DNA of 64,000 bases from Heterodontus francisci (lineage: Eukaryota): contig NC_090412.1 in the NCBI RefSeq assembly GCF_036365525.1, positions 11,822,123-11,886,122 on the forward strand. Reading direction: 5' to 3'. The notes beneath the pieces are model-generated. The model was not told where the DNA came from and ran no database searches. It saw nothing but the letters and a program-made list of their open reading frames with translations. The position numbers were made by a program, and so were the translations under genes. Shown piece by piece: positions 13,600 through 27,200 of this stretch (its first letter is position 1; the number at the start of each line of letters is the position of its first letter).

Positions 13600-14090
13600 T
13601 GATGTTATCATGCTGAACTTTCTAGTGCTTTTGTAAGGCCACACATTGAATACTACCCTTGGCTAGAACAAGGGAGTCATGAAAGCCAAGTGATGCAAAG
13701 AGGGGCAATGCAGCTAATCTAAAGTGCCATAGGACTGAGTAATAAGGAGAGATAGAGTTTGATCTCTTTAGCCTCAAAAGGAAGTGAATGAGAGGAAACC
13801 TAATAGATGTATATAAATGGTATGGAATGGAATAGCTAGCTAATTCTAAGCATTATTGCCAGTTAAGAATGCAGGACAAACAGACATGGGTACAAACTGG
13901 GTAAAAGCTCAACTTAGGACCAATGTCAGGAAGCACTTCTTCACACAGGGTGATCAATATCTGGAATGGTAGAGTAGTCAGGCCAAAACTTCTGGAGTCT
14001 TCAAAAGGCAGTTAGACAATATAATGGGGGGAGGGCAGAGACTTTAGGTTTTTAAGGAAGGATGAACTGAAAGAGCCAAATGACTGCCTT
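13600..14090 (+). mobile_element. Highly decayed CR1 3' fragment (triplicated)
   Basis: Nucleotide resemblance to the CR1 end (gtaaggccacacattgaatac; gtcaggaagcacttcttcacacag; ctggaat). Confidence 0.5.
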
Positions 14091-14104
14091 CATTGTTGTG
14101 ATTC

Positions 14105-14325
14105 AACACCACCAAAAACAGATTAACTGTCCATTTCTATCAATGCTGTTAGTTAATGGGATCTTGTGTACAAAATAGTTGCTATGCTTACATACATGGC
14201 CAGTCCTATGGCACTTTGGATCAGCTGCATTGCCCCTCTTTGCATTTCAAAGCAATTCAATGTACGTTAAGTGCTTTGAGACATTTTTAAGAGACATGAA
14301 AAGGTGCTATATAAATGCAAATCTT
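14105..14325 (+). mobile_element. DeuSINE/L2-tail-like fragment (similar tails at ~16010-16085 and, on the minus strand, ~19295-19355)
   Basis: Tail motif ...aagtgctttgagac...catgaaaaggtgctatataaatgcaa and cattggctgtaaagcgctttgggat...gtgaaaggcg..ataaatgcaa. Confidence 0.5.
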
Positions 14326-16499
14326 CTTTTATATTAAAGATTCAGAATTCATATTGGCCTGAGATTTTGGGTTCCAATCCAAATGAGACATATTAGTTCT
14401 GGGGACTGTTACAATTTTCAAATTGTCATAGAGGGTCAAATACTTCAAGTTCACATACAAATTGGGTAAGATGCAGAATAATGATTCCCATTCTCACTCT
14501 ATCCCAATACTGTCTCCCAGAAAAACATCTGGAAGTGGTCCAGTTTAGATTTCTCTTTCTCACATTGGCCCCCTCACTTCATTGAGATTGCCACTTTTGT
14601 GTGAAATTATTCCTTTGAGTTCAGGATTTATGCCCCCAGGGTCTGGATTTGACTGCCCAAACCAATTTCACTCAGGGTTCTTATAGAAAACACTAAAAGA
14701 AAAATTGCATCAAACTGGATTGAAACCCTGATCTCAAGTGTGAAAGTGTTGTAATGCATTTTTACCACTTTCTAACTCACCTACATTCCATGGTGCAATC
14801 CCTATCTGACACTATAGTCAGAGGTTTTCTTCAATGATCACTGACCTTCAAGGCAAGCTTTTATTTACTATTGTAATTTTGTTTTGGGTGCATTCACCGT
14901 TTATGAGGAGTTACAAAGACGGACAGGTAAAGACCCTTTGGTGCATCCAACCTGTCCCACCAGGAGTTCTGAATATTTGTGCCTGAACAGACGGAAGAGA
15001 GGGAGATTTTATACAGTATATCACCTAAAATTGTGAAGCAACAAAGTACATAACATTAATAACTTGCCCCAGATCAAAGAGGTAGACAGTAAATCATTCC
15101 ATAAAACAATGTTTATGGTACACTTGTCAAGCATAATTTTGTATGAATCCAGAAGCTGGGGAATTAAGAAATTGTCTCCCTCGCAATACCCCTTCCTTCC
15201 ACAAGGCGACGCGGATAAATCTTTATTGGCAAGGTCCAGGAACTCAGTGAGGTTCAATTGGGAGTTGATCGCTGTGGCGGTAATGATTTATTAAAACGTG
15301 TTACACCCGTTTTAGACAGGAGGTCGTTGACTTTCAGAGTTTCATCTTTCGATGCTGTCTCAAATCCCACAGAAACAGTAATACTTGCTGTCCAAGGGAC
15401 GCTGCTTTGAATCACATTTCCTGACAGTTGGTTCCCATTAATTTTCTTTTTTCTAATCAGCGCATTTCCGAGTAATGATGTAAGACTGCTCGGAGTCAGT
15501 AATCTTACACTGGGTTCTGGTTTGACATTCCATGGGGTATCAATCCCATTGACTGATTTCACAGCCAATGTGCAAAGTTCTCACTGGAGGGAGCTATCTG
15601 ACCTTAATTTAAATACTTGGCGAGTTTACACTTTCTCCTCCCCACTCGGTAAATAGTATTGGGACATGTGCAAGAGAGCACTCTAGAACAAGACAATTCA
15701 GAGTTCTGACAAGGAAGGAGCCAACACTGCCAAACTGGAATCTTCAACTGCTGAGAAGGGAATACAGGCAGAAGTAAAAGTGTGAGATAACTTCTGGAGA
15801 GGCCTGACACACTCCATAGTGCATTTGCAAAACCGATTGGGGCCCATGTTGCTAGTTTTAATGGCACTTCAATGCAAATACGCATCTAAAACTGCTTCAA
15901 AAGTCATAGTTGCAACTGCGTCCAATGTAGGGCCATTGTGTCCAGAAGATGTGTGGAGGCTAAGCCACAGGCTTTAACCTATTTGAAATCATTGGTTTAT
16001 TGATTGGACTCCAAAAGCACTTCATTGGCTGTAAAGCGCTTTGGGATCTCCTGAAGTCGTGAAAGGCGTTAAATAAATGCAAATCATTCCTTTTTTTAGC
16101 AGTCAGACTTTCTTCAGTTGCCGTTTTCACGAATTTCTAAATATGTTCCAAAATAACTAAGCTTGGAGATGTTAACCTGCAATCAATATTAATTATAGTT
16201 AGCCAAAAGACCTTTATAATCTTCTGTAGTTCAAGTCTTGTAAAAGCAGTCACCATGAGACTACATGTACAAAGCGCCCACCTGTCCAGAGAGGAGGAAC
16301 AAATCGGGGACATTTACCCGCAAGACGCTTGTCTATAAAGTGTACTTTTAAGAATGAGAGAGACAAAGATATGAGGCTTTAAAGTTGAATTTTAAAAGTA
16401 TATGTTTATCATATTTATTTTGGTTTAAAATTATATGTCGAAATGAATTTCGTTCATAAATTTCTTTTCATGAACTTCTCTAATCAACTTAAATATATT

Positions 16500-16695
16500 C
16501 TAATATATTTCATAAAAATATGTAATCCGCTGGATAGAATTTTGGTTTGGGTGATTTGAGCTGTTTTCTATGTCGAACCTCTGGCCGAGTTCAAGGTTAC
16601 GTCAGATAAGATTACTGTTAATGTGATTCGATGTAATCTCAAATTGTGAACGCGTCTGGTGTGAAGACAAACGCCTTGTCTACATTTGAGGAATC
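16500..16695 (+). promoter_or_regulatory. Putative LRIT2 proximal promoter with CRX/OTX-type sites (copies at 29758-29953 and 43016-43211)
   Basis: TAATCC at 16523, AGATTA (=TAATCT) at 16609 and TAATCT at 16634, all within 175 bp of the ATG of a retina-expressed gene. Confidence 0.5.
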
Positions 16696-16802
16696 ATGGA
16701 CATACTTTGGAACATTTACTGTCTTCTTCTGCTCTGTTCTGCTAAACGAACAGTTGCATCTTGTGTGCCGGAGTGTTCTTGCAGAAATGATAGCTTTGGA
16801 AG
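16696..16802 (+). CDS. LRIT2: LRIT2 copy 1, exon 1 (signal peptide + LRRNT)
   Basis: Read manually; not in the ORF track. ATG at 16696 gives MDILWNIYCLLLLCSAKRTVASCVPECSCRNDSFGR, followed by donor AG|gtgag at 16802/16803. Confidence 0.88.
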
Positions 16803-16906
16803 GTGAGAATCAGGTTTTCACTGTTGTTTGAGTTACCATTTCGTGAAATTTGTAGGTGTATATTTGAAAATGAGGATCGTTTGCAAATGTGTGTTTTGTT
16901 TTACAG

Positions 16907-17688
16907 AAGTTTGCTCTGCATATCTTCCTCTTTGCGAAGAATACCAGTGAATATTCCACCCGATATCAAAAAAATCAGAATAGAAAATTCTCGTCTGGCA
17001 GAATTACCTCGTGGTGCGTTCTCCGTAACCCGTGCCTTGGAATACCTGTGGCTGAATTTTAATGATATTACACTCATGCATGCGAAGAGTCTGCAAGATA
17101 TGACCAATCTATCCGAGTTGCGAATGCAAGGGAACAAATTGCGTTCAGTACCATGGACAGCTTTCCAGGATTGTCCCGCTTTGAAAATTTTGGATTTGAA
17201 GCACAATCGACTGGATGTTCTTCCAGAACATGCTCTGAGGTATCTCACCAACTTGACCTACTTGGACATATCCTTCAACCAGCTGACAGTGATTTCTCCA
17301 GATGTGTTCCTAAACTGGCCGGTCTATCAGAGAACACAGCAGGTTGAGGGTCAAGAGAAAAGTACCTCCAACGCAGTACTAGCTCTCCATAATAATCCAT
17401 GGTTCTGTGACTGCCGTCTTAAAGGTTTTGTACATTTCGTCAAATCCATCAGTCCCCCTATTATTCTGATGAATTCTTACCTATCCTGTTCAGGCCCAGA
17501 TTCCAGGGCAGGGAAATTTTTCTACGAAGTGGAACTAAAAAGTTGCTTTAAACCGTTAGCAACGTCTGAGAACGCGAATGTTAGTGTTCCACTTAGAGAG
17601 AAAGTACATCTTTCCTGTGAAGCCAAAGGAAATCCTACCCCTACAGTGTGGTGGACAAATGGTGTGAAGATCATTCGGAGATTTAATG
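16907..17688 (+). CDS. LRIT2: LRIT2 copy 1, exon 2 (LRRs, LRRCT, Ig start)
   Basis: Acceptor ttacag|A at 16906/16907 and donor AAT G|gtatgt at 17688/17689. Motifs IRIENS, LEYLWLNFN, SVPWTAF, VFLNWP and ALHNNPWFCDCRL match LRIT2. Confidence 0.93.
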
Positions 17689-17932
17689 GTATGTTCCTAT
17701 TGTCACTATCTGAAAGTTAGCCTTTTTTTTTTACCTTCTTACAATAGCATTTAAAACCGCATTCTGGAAAACGAAAGCCACAAAGTTTACCACCTTTTTA
17801 TGAGATGGCTTTTGAGTCTAACAAAAGTTTAATTTATAGACCACCAAATGATACATCACGTGATTTATAAAGGAATTACATTATGAGTACTTACAAAATC
17901 TTGCACATAGTCTGACTTTCCATAAATGTCAC

Positions 17933-18252
17933 GTTTACTTTATTTAGAGATACAGCACTGAAACAGGCCCTTCGGCCCACCGAGTCTGTGCCGACCAACA
18001 ACCACCCATTTATACTAACCCTACAGTAATCCCATATTCCCTATCACCTACCTACGCTAGGGACAATTTACAATGGCCAATTTACCTATCACCTGCAAGT
18101 CTTTGGCTGTGGAAGGAAACTGGAGCACCCGGGGAAAACCCACGCAGACACAGGGAGAACTTGCAAACTCCACACAAGCAGTACCCAGAATCAAACCTGG
18201 GTCCCTGGAGCTGTGAGGCTGCGGTGCTAACCACTGCGTCACTGTGCCGCCC
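17933..18252 (-). mobile_element. tRNA-derived V-SINE (HE1-like) in LRIT2 intron 2; copies at 31191-31510 and 44449-44768
   Basis: tRNA-like head ggcggcacagtg..gcagtggttagcac, V-domain gtgtggagtttgcaagttctccctgtgtctgcgtgggttt, CR1-like tail gggccgaagggcctgtttcagtgctgtatctct. Confidence 0.85.
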
Positions 18253-19610
18253 TCAAGTTATCACTTGCTGCACACTTAGTACCATTTTGTTGATAACCCC
18301 CTTATTATAAAGTAGTAGACCCTCTAAATCACCATGAGGAAAACCCTGAGATCTGTTAGTGTATGTGTATATATTTCGTATAAGACATCAATGCAAACTG
18401 TCATTTCTGGGTTGGTTGTGGGCTAAATGATAAAGATTGATTGCTATGATTAATTGACAACTCTATTAGCAGTATATCATGCGACAGTAGAAGGGAACTA
18501 GATGGGTCTTGGACTTTTTTCATCCTGCAAGTCCTAGTTTCCTAAACCATAACTTGATTCCTCAGAGTATGCAGATTAATTTTATTAATTAATATTCAGT
18601 AATTTTGCTGCTCTGATATCAGACCCCATTGTACTTCTGCACCCATGACATCACAAACCAATAACGTTCTAACCAGTTTAGTTGTCTACAGCAACATAGT
18701 ATTTCATGAAGGAAATTAAGGAAAGTATAATTTGCTTGCATCAAATGCGGAGGGATGGATTATGAACATTTTTGATGTTCTTTAACTGGTCTGGAGTCAA
18801 TTTGCCATTATATCAGTGAAACTCATTCCTTTATGCTTGGGATAAATTGGGTAGCACTTTTCTGACCATTGTACTACCACTTCTGTCTCAATGCAAAGTG
18901 ATCTCAGGTGTACAACACAGCAATTTCACCATATAACTTGCAAGTCAGAATTCCTTCGAATTTCTAAACACAGTTAAGGTGAGTTGTGAGATCAGCTGTA
19001 GTATTTAGTCATATCTCATTTGGGGTTCCAACCTGATGTTGTATAACTACAACCCAGGTCATCGTCAGAATTTTAAAAGTATCCAAGTCATCGATTGGAG
19101 CGCTTGGGCCATTAATAATATCAACAAGTTCAGAGAGAGCCCAGATTCCAACCTTACTCCCTCATAACATTAGAAATTGGATGTCAGGACGGTCAATCTA
19201 TGACGTCAACCATATCTAAAGACCCCTATTTGCTGCACTCAATGCACCCTGCAGTAATAAGTAATGTTACAGATTCAAAAAGGTTGAAAAAAGAAATACT
19301 TGCATTTAGAGAGTGCTTTTCATGAACACAAGCTATCCCAAAGCACTTTACAGCCAATTTAGAACTTTTGAGTTGAGTAAAACTTTTTTTTAAAAGAAGA
19401 GTGCAAGGATGTTGAATTGCAGGAAAAGACATGCAATTCCCATCTCACTCTGTTAAGTTTCTGTACCTGAAGTAATTTGACTCAATGTTTTTCCTTTGTG
19501 CTTATGGTGGGAGCTTAGACAATATTATATACATTTTATATAAAACTGTGAATAGTTTGCATTAATAATGGAAATTATGTAAATAAAACAAATCTTTATA
19601 TTAATTATAG

Positions 19611-20416
19611 TGTCTGTCACAAATATTGATGAAGAAACAGTGAAGTCAGTGCTGGTGATTCCATCAGCCCACAGTACAGATGAAGGAAGTTACATTTGCA
19701 TTACTACTAACTATCTTGGAAACTCATCTGTGCGGATTCTGGTGACAATTTTAACTTCAGAAACTTTACCTACCCCATCATCCTTGTCCCCTTCATCCTT
19801 GGAGGAGGAGAATGTTTATATAGATGTTAGGATTGCAAAGCAGACAGTATATGGCATAACCCTGGAGTGGTACACAGCAACACGGAACCCTGCTGAAACC
19901 TGGTACACCCTGCACTTCGGGAAATTTGAAGATGCTAAAAAGGAAATGATTTACATCGGACCAGGGGTAAATACTTATGCAATTAATGATCTGTTTCCAG
20001 CAACAAAGTACAAGGTGTGCGTGACACTGAGGAACCAGCCTCCGAAGAGAAGTCAATGCATTATATTTGTTACAGGTAGTGATATCAGTGAAATGGAGCA
20101 AAGAGAGAAGCTCATTCACATTATAGTCATTGTGTGCGCCATGGTTTTGGCAGTCCCAGCAGGAATGTACGCTTGTACGACAGAGACCCGTTTCAGCTGC
20201 TTTGATAGATGTGGCAAGTTTTGTCGAAGACAAAGACGAGGAGAAAAAACGCTGAAGACTGGAGCACGGGATGTCACCTTTGACAGTTTGCAGACAGGCA
20301 GCGATGCTGAACTCTGTAACAGAGACTCCAAGGAAGACAGGAGGCGACGTAAAAAATCAGATGACAAAACCCATAAGACCAAAACCGAGCACAAGAATAG
20401 TGATGAATTGTATTAG
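19611..20416 (+). CDS. LRIT2: LRIT2 copy 1, exon 3 (Ig end, FN3, TM, tail)
   Basis: Acceptor attatag|TG at 19610/19611. Contains YIDVRIAKQTVYGITLEW, IGPGVNTYAINDLFPATKY and TM LIHIIVIVCAMVLAVPAGMY. Spliced CDS is 107+782+806=1695 nt = 564 aa + stop. Confidence 0.93.
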
Positions 20417-22570
20417 ACAAAACTAGCATTAGCTTGTTTTCGTCAAAACCTACTTAAGGCACCAGTGAATATTTTATAATTAGGGCTGGATGCCCTGACT
20501 ATATTACACATCTGTTGACAATATGGCACAGTTATTGTGGTCTGTGTTAAAACATGACTATCTGTTATTGCCATTTATAGACACACTTCTGGCATCGAGA
20601 TTAAATAGCCATTAACAAACAGAGTAAAAATCTTATATATGCTAGCTGATCTCCTGTAGTATTTTACATGGGGAATTAAAAGCAAGTGTTGTCTTCAGGT
20701 GAAGTGGGGTTAGAGGGCAGGATACAATTTGACCAGGGTACACTGGTCCACATTTTATGTCCCACTTTATGTAATATTTTGATTTAATATTTATAACTAA
20801 AAACACATGACAAGTTGGGAGGCAGAGAAATAGTTAGTTGGAGGCTGATGTTCTCTACAGTATAAGCTGGGAGACATAGAACTAATGGGCTACAGTGCCA
20901 TCACTGGTCGGAGGATTTAATTATAATGTGATAGGTTTACATAGACAGTTTCAATTATGTGTCGGCATAGAAATTCATAATGGAATAAATGCAGGTGTAG
21001 GATTTTTGATATTATTTCTTCTGTGTATTATATGTTACTTATATCATATCAAAGGATTAACTTTCTCACAATTTTACTTTGCCACAAAGGCATTTGGTCA
21101 AATGCAACTAAAATAAATTTAATTCAAAGCACAAGTTCTTACCTAAACTAGTCAATGAAAAACATTCAGGAAGATGAGGATGTGCTGAATGTTGTACAGC
21201 TGTTCAGGAATATCCTGTAAAATAACTATTAAAAAGAGGTTAACATAACTTGTAAACTAACAAAAGTACTAATAAAGATAGCCAGCACTTGAAAAACATT
21301 TTTAAAATTACTCATTATCACCTGAATAGGATTGTTTGCATCAACCCAATTTTTGAATAGGTAAACTAATCCTAGGGATAAAATCAACCTTCGGTATAGA
21401 TCCAGTCAAAGGAAGAGATGTTCCAAGCCAGCAAAAGCATAAGATAGCAGCGAAAGAAACTATGAAGAGTCAGAGGTGGAGCGGGGAGTTTACTCATAAG
21501 TACAGCATAGCAAAAGACAGAAAAGTGATTGATATGAATCACTGGTCACTCAAAGACCAATAATAGAAGGAAGTCAAGATGGTTTGTTAAGAAAATAAAA
21601 ATGATGAGATTGGTGAACCCATGTTCATGAATCTTAGGTCAAAAAAGCAAGGCAATTGAACATGTCACCCTTTCAAGAAGCTGGTTAGCTTGGGGGAAAA
21701 TCCTATCAGCATTGAGCTAATCAAGTTTTACGAATTTGTGTTTACCATAGTTCAAAAGGACAAGTATGAAGTACTAATATGTGTAAAGGTCAGGTTATGA
21801 AGATGTGATTGAGATGGAAAATTGTCTGTTCACTTTAGGTCAAGTTGGAAAAAATGTGAAGAAATATATAGGAAAAAGTAGATGAAAGCCAACATTTTAA
21901 CCAAATATAAATGAGTTACGCACAGTATCAGATTTAATTGGTTGAAAATAATGAAAGGAAAGTATGGATTATAGACTGTTTCACAAGGTATGAAGCACTG
22001 AAGTGTCAAGAGATTGTTATTGCACAATTTCATTCTATGAATAGCTTGCATGAAATTGGCTTAGTGCACATTATAAATTAAGAACACAGCATCAGTGGAA
22101 TTTATTGTGAAAAAACTATAGAGATAGTGTAATGGAAGAATATATTTAATCATTTTCTGTGACCATTCAAAGAAGTAACACATACACAGTTTGAAATGGA
22201 TCCAACATATGTATCAATTTATACTTGATCTACTTCTACTCCTAAATATTCTAAAACTTTTTTAAAAATCGACAAGATACACAATGGTGCTGAGTAACTC
22301 ACCTAATCAGCTATTGTCCATCCGAAGTTTAAATCAATCCTTATATTTTTTTATCTAGAAATATTAAGGAAGCATAGAAATAGTTTTAAGGAAGATTATT
22401 TAATATTTGACTCTTCATTCGCTGAGAAAATTGCTATTTTTTATCAGTCTGCTCAATTTTTGTAGTGTAATCAACTCAATGAAATTACATAGTTAATTAG
22501 AATTTTACAGCACAGAAACAGGCCATTCAGCCCAGCGAGTCTATGCCATTGTTTATGCTCCAAATGCACC

Positions 22571-22895
22571 TCATAGAGTCATAGTCATAGAGAGATACAG
22601 CACTGAAATAAGCCCTTCGGCCCACCGAGTCTGTGCTAACCACCAACCACCCATTTGTATTAATCCCATATTTCCCTACCACATCCCCTCAATTCTCCTT
22701 GCACCTACCTACACGAGGGGCAATTTACAATGGCCAATTTACCTATCAACCTGCAAGTCTTTGGCTGTGGGAGGAAACCCTGCGGAAACCCACGCGGTCA
22801 CAGGGAGAACGTGCAAACTCCGCACAGGCAGTACCCAGAACCGAACCCGGGTCACTGGAGCTGTGATGCTAACCACTGCGCCACTGTGCTGCCCC
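22571..22895 (-). mobile_element. tRNA-derived V-SINE (HE1-like); copies at 35829-36153 and 49087-49411
   Basis: Same head, V-domain and tail as above; inserted into a short CR1 3' fragment. Confidence 0.85.
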
Positions 22896-23902
22896 ATTTT
22901 ATTTCATTTAACCCTAGCAACACATCATAGAATCATAGAAATCACTTACATGGCATATGAAAATTGTTTTCGACCAAGCATAGCTGACCTTTGTGCCCAA
23001 CTGAGGGAGTGGTGGACAGAGGGAAAAAACTACAGAGAAAGAATAATAAGTGCTGAAACACCATATGGAATATCCATTAGAAATAGCCAGATTCATCCCA
23101 GAAGGCTTAAGAGTCTAATTGCCCATTTGATAGTACCTTCCCAGTTGGGAGAAGAGGATAACCAGAGGCTGGCAGCAGCTCAGTGTTGCCCTTTCAGTAG
23201 CTGGATCATAAGTTCACTGCCAGCAGTAACAGCCTTTCCAAAAGAAAATCCACAGTCATTCAGATTTTCTTAGCTTCTAAAATTGCAGTCATTTTGTTAG
23301 CCATTCTAAAACTGCACTGAACACTCATATAAAAGAATAATTTAAACATCTAATCATTTGAATTAATAAAATGAAATGAATTGCATATCTAAAGATGGAA
23401 GAAAGCTCTCCTAATGGCTCAGTGAGCTTATCGAATATTTAGCTAAACACAGCAGAAAGGTCTTACACTGAATCGAGTGTTGAGGTAGCTAATCCCATTA
23501 CAACTTCTTTCAGCACTGTTGTGTTGGGGGAGAATTGGCCACAGTTCCTCCTCCTGATCAGAATCCACAAAGTTCTGATCTAAGTGTTTGTGCTTGAACT
23601 TCAAATTTCATGGTGGGTCTTGGTTGTGATGCCTGCGACAGTGGAAGAGCTGAGCTGAACTCTCAAGGCTTTACAGGTAACAGCTAAGTACAATGGGTTA
23701 GGTACAAGATGGCCTGTGGAACTACACTCCAGTGACAAATCAACTCCTTCAGGAGATAAGGGAGGCGAATGACGAGCATGCACAAAAAATTATTGCATAC
23801 ATAAATACACAAATAAATACTTAACAAGAAAGTGGAAGAGAAAGAAGTCAAAGTGTGAATGAAACTAAATTTAAATCACTGATGGAGCCCCATGATATTA
23901 AA

Positions 23903-24274
23903 GCAAAATACTGCGGATGCTGGAAATCTGAAACAAAAACAAGAAATGCTGGAGTCACTCAGCAGGTCTGGCAGCATCTGTGGAAAGAGAAGCAGAGTTA
24001 ACGTTTCGGGTCAGTGACCCTTCTTCGGAACTGACAAATATTAGAAAAGTCACAGATTATAAACAAGTGAGGTGGGGGTGGGGCGAGATAACAAAGGAGA
24101 AGGTGCAGATTGGACCAGGCCACATAGCTGACCAAAAGGTCACGGAGCAAAGGCAAACAATATGTTAATGGTGTGTTGAAAGACAAAGCATTAGTACAGA
24201 TTAGGTGTGAATACACTGAATATTGAACAGCAGCAAGTGCAAACCTGAAGAAAAACAACCTGAAAACCCACTGT
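23903..24274 (-). mobile_element. Orphan left arm of the Penelope-like palindrome (end of unit 1)
   Basis: Identical to 50419-50790; cut at the palindrome apex by the duplication junction. Confidence 0.8.
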
Positions 24275-27200
24275 AATGGTAGAGTGGGGGATATGCCAGG
24301 CCATGAGGTTACAGATTATGGTCGAGTACAGTTCTGCTGCTGCTGATGGCCCACAGCACCTCACGGGTGCCCAGTTTTGCATTGCTAGATCTCTTCGAAT
24401 TTTCTCCCATTTGACACAGTGGTAGTGCTACACAACATGATGGTGGGTGGCCTCAGTGTGATGACGGGACTTTGTCTCCACAAGGACTGTGTGGTGGTCA
24501 CTCCTACCAATACTGTCATGGACAGATGCATCTGCAACAGGTAGATTGGTGAGGACGAGGTCAAGTAGGTTTTTCCCTCTTGTTGGTTCCCTCGCCACCT
24601 GCCACAGTGCCAGTCTAGCAGCTGTGTCCTGTAGGCTGTAGGCTGAATGGAGACGGCCAAAACACATTAGGACCCTGACAGTTAACAGACAAAGGGTGCT
24701 ATCAACCCATCAATCTAAGTTGGATTTGAACCTGGAAGTGAAAGGCCAATCTCTAATCTTTTGCTTCCTCTTATACGTTAACATCTATTTTTATTCATTG
24801 CTCAGTGCATTTGGATGTCTTTCTGTGCACTGTAAGAAATAAGTACCTTGCAATGCATCTTTCTTAAAATAGATACCATTTTGTTTCACATCACTCTATG
24901 ATGTTATTTCTGTGTCACTTCCCATGTCTTGATTCAGAAGAGTGACAGACATTTTATGTAACAAAATGATCAGCACCAGTTTTTAATTTACCTTTGTATG
25001 TCTGTGGAATGACTATTGTGTATTTTACTTATGTTGTGAATCTCTGAGAATATAACAATTAGGTAAATGGATGCTTTTCTACCAGCACTTATTGTTTTCC
25101 TTTTACACTTTTACATGAAGTTTAGTGTTGTCTCAATGAAAGGTATAATTTTAAAGATGCATTTTGCAGGTTGGTCAGGACTTTTGAACATTTGCCACTC
25201 GGCCAACACACACATCACATCTGTACAGTAAGTGTCAGAATTCCAATAGTATCTGAAGGCAGTGTTCCTCTTGAACAAAATTTTATGCTCATTTATTACC
25301 AAGTGAAACATGGTGATTAAGGTCTTAAGGCAACTTTGTGCAGAACTAATGCTAGCTTGGCGAAAGCATTAATTGAGCAGATCCAACTAACTTAAACCAT
25401 GTTACCTATTGCATCATGGTACAGGGAGTTCTCTATGATGATACCAGATTCAAACAGGATCTTACATTTTGAGAGCAAACTAAAGTCTGCACATTGGAAG
25501 TGTTTTTTTCAATGTACTTCCGAACATGTCAACATAGGAACAGGAATGGCCCATTTAGTCCATCGAGCCTGTTCTGTCATTCAATGAGATCATGGGGGGT
25601 CGATCTTTGACCTAACTACACATACCTGCCTTTGCCTCATATCCCTTAATACCTTTGGTTAACAAAAATCTATCAACCTCAGATTTAAAATTAACAGCTG
25701 ATCTAGCATCAATTGCCATTTGTGAAAGAGAGTTCCAAACTTCGACTAGCCTTTGTGTGAAAGAGTATTTCCAAATTTCACACCAGAAAGGTCGGGCTCT
25801 AATTTTTAGACTATGCATCTAGTCCTTGACTCCCCAACCAGCTGAAATGGTTTCTCTCTTTCTATCCTATCCATTCCCCTTAAAATCTTGAAAACTTCAA
25901 TCAAATCACCCCTTAACTTTCTAAATACCAAGGAATACAATCCTATAACAATGCATGACAAATTGTATCAGGTAGTCGGTGTATATTAACATATTTGAGA
26001 CATGGTGAAACTGGAGAAAATCAAGCCGCCTTCATGACTAAAATAATAGAGCATAACAAGTAACTAGACATTGCTAGAAGCTCTAAGGGAGATACAGTGA
26101 ATGACTTTCATCAGATCCTAACCAGCAAGTATATGGTGTGCTGGGCGATAGTGATATTTTTCATTTTACTAAGTTTGATTATGGGCTGATTCCTCTTTCT
26201 GCAATCATGAAGCAGAATTGATGCTTCTCACCGACAACCCTGGATTATCACTGTAGATGTTCCCAACTGAAGAAAGATACATGTTCTTATCTATAGAAGC
26301 TGCACTATAAATAACGTTTGTAAGACATTTATAACAAATTCCACCAGCTATCTGTAAACTTTCCTAGCGTTTGTTATATATGTATGTATGGAAGACAAGG
26401 TAGTTAGGATTCAAATTTGTTCTTTGGTTCGTTCTCTAAAACCTTCCCAATAAATAGTTACATTCTCAAATTCACAAAAACTAGACAGATACTTTCAAGG
26501 AAGTTGAATGTAGGGTAATTTATTTTATGAAAGTTTTATAAACAATTATAGATGTATCTTGGTATTATGAAATATTCAGCACTGCTAGATCTAGACCTCC
26601 AAAAGCAGGGGACCATTATTAGGAATGCTGACTGCACATATTGGGAAATCATGGCTGCACTCTGCTCAATACATTTCCCCAGCAATCCCCTAATAAGTGT
26701 TCACTGCTTCATCTTTTTAAGGTATTTCCTTGTTCACCTGTACATTTTATCTAAGTTACCCACTGCCTTGAGCTTGTGTAGCAGTCTCTCATGTGGAACT
26801 TTTTCCAAGAGTTTTCTGAAGGCTATGTTTTATTGCTAAATCAGTAGGGTATAAATCTGATGTTATCATGCTGAACTTTCTAGTGCTTTTGTAAGGCCAC
26901 ACATTGAATACTACCCTTGGCTAGAACAAGGGAGTCATGAAAGCCAAGTGATGCAAAGAGGGGCAATGCAGCTAATCTAAAGTGCCATAGGACTGAGTAA
27001 TAAGGAGAGATAGAGTTTGATCTCTTTAGCCTCAAAAGGAAGTGAATGAGAGGAAACCTAATAGATGTATATAAATGGTATGGAATGGAATAGCTAGCTA
27101 ATTCTAAGCATTATTGCCAGTTAAGAATGCAGGACAAACAGACATGGGTACAAACTGGGTAAAAGCTCAACTTAGGACCAATGTCAGGAAGCACTTCTTC

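Noticed and set aside
16803-16906. N-terminus MRIRFSLLFELP... of the 305-aa ORF
   Set aside because: It is the 104-bp intron 1 (gt...ag) read in frame. The real start is the ATG at 16696.
17933-22895. Homologous recombination between SINE or LINE copies as the origin of the duplication
   Set aside because: The junction joins unrelated sequences with only 2 bp of microhomology.
22761-23273. 170-aa ORF repeated three times
   Set aside because: Starts inside an antisense SINE with a non-ATG codon and has no recognisable motifs. Its recurrence only reflects the triplication.
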